A DNA stretch of 64,000 nt, from contig CBDATQ010000002.1 in assembly GCA_965199955.1 (NCBI GenBank), positions 576,001 through 640,000 on the forward strand, in the 5' to 3' direction. A program made the position numbers and the translations under genes. This DNA is from Spirochaetia bacterium (lineage in GTDB: Bacteria; Spirochaetota; Spirochaetia; SZUA-6; Bin103). Below the pieces are notes generated by a model. It was not told the DNA's origin, made no database searches, and saw only the letters and a program-made list of their open reading frames with translations. This document shows positions 63,207 to 64,000 of this stretch, piece by piece. How positions within the stretch are numbered: the stretch's first letter is position 1; each line of letters opens with the position of its first letter.

Positions 63207-64000
63207 CTACGGGTGGCGTACGGCCAGCTTGATGCCAGCCTCGGGATTGCGCTCGATCTCGCGATACGCCTCCGCGCTCTCCTCGAACGGCACGATCGGG
63301 TCGAGCACGCCGTCGACGCGCAGGTTCCCTGCGACCAGCAGGTCGATCACCTGCCGGTGCATCCGCTCGCTGTCCCAGCGCGGGTCGGCGCGCAGCGGGT
63401 CGTTGACGTTTCGGCTGGAGATCAGGGTGAGCTGATTGCGGTGCCACTCGCCCTGCAGGTGCAGGGCCTCGGCGGTGCCGGTGTAGTAGGCCAGGGAGGC
63501 GACGGTGCCGCCGTATGCGGTCGCCCGCAGGGCGTCGTGCAGCGCCGCGTAGCTGCCGGAGGCTTCGACGCTGACGTCGGCGCCTTGGCCACCGGTCTCG
63601 CGCTTGACGGTCAGCCCGACGTCCTCGGCGGTGGGATCGATGACCAGGTGCGCGCCGTGCGCAGTCGCCAGATCGCGCCGCCTGGCGATCGGATCCGAGC
63701 ACGCCACCCAGCCCGCGCCCTGCAGCCGGGCGAGCTGCGCGGCCATCAGCCCGATCGCGCCCAGGCCGGTGACCAGCACGCGGTCGCCGACGCGGATGCC
63801 AGAGTCGTGGATCCCGCACAGCGCCACCGAAGCGGGGTCCCAGCACACCAGCGCCTCCGGATCGGCGCCGGCGGGGACCGCCTGCAGTACCTCCTCCGCC
63901 ACGGTATGGGTCTCCCGTACCGGCAGCGGACCGAACACCAGGTCGCCCGGCCGGAAGCGCTCCGCCCCCGGCCCGACCTCCGCCACTTCAGCCACCGCCT
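63207..64000 (-). CDS. Zinc-binding (MDR) alcohol dehydrogenase, truncated by window end
   Basis: VGPGAERFRPGD, VTGLGAIG Rossmann motif, GADVSVEASG. Confidence 0.88.
   Translation of the reverse strand, partial: AVAEVAEVGPGAERFRPGDLVFGPLPVRETHTVAEEVLQAVPAGADPEALVCWDPASVALCGIHDSGIRVGDRVLVTGLGAIGLMAAQLARLQGAGWVACSDPIARRRDLATAHGAHLVIDPTAEDVGLTVKRETGGQGADVSVEASGSYAALHDALRATAYGGTVASLAYYTGTAEALHLQGEWHRNQLTLISSRNVNDPLRADPRWDSERMHRQVIDLLVAGNLRVDGVLDPIVPFEESAEAYREIERNPEAGIKLAVRHP

Noticed and set aside
54450..64000. Integrative element with att sites at tRNA-Gln (or tRNA-Val)
   Set aside because: No integrase and no duplicated tRNA 3' end seen within the window

Overview
Very GC-rich, gene-dense bacterial chromosome segment, most likely from a member of the Spirochaetia. 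Evidence is the Treponema-type genes (TP0733-like OmpW barrel, pallilysin/TP0751-related lipoprotein, large LptD) and the yggS-hyp-rluD and DnaJ-TPR/surA/nusB gene orders. PhyH, sulfatase and DUF6807 genes suggest a marine or sponge-type lifestyle (inference). Bases 1-54.4 kb are mostly housekeeping: mreCD-mrdA-rodA, mazG, pdxST-yggS, rluD, rsgA-mutS2-uvrA-lptD, phoH-ybeY-tlyC-pgk-tpiA-secG, nusB-map-htrA, purB-guaA, tRNA-Val and tRNA-Gln. Apparently foreign modules are embedded in this backbone: a complete F-type ATP synthase operon with a miniature delta subunit grafted onto secG, a permease/TIGR03943/Ig-TolB metal-transport cassette right after tRNA-Val, and an orphan OleA-like KAS III. Downstream of tRNA-Gln is an accessory region. 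It starts with an EndoQ-UvrD fusion carrying two beta-clamp-like motifs, tightly coupled to a PhyH dioxygenase, a nucleoside deoxyribosyltransferase-fold gene and DUF6807. Next comes a decayed sulfatase split by a complete IS1634 (IRs plus 6-bp TSD) and joined to an AbiEii-like remnant. Many genes have a -10 box 5-9 nt before the start codon, suggesting leaderless mRNAs. No CRISPR array or rRNA was seen. Family assignments come from motif recognition by eye, not database searches.
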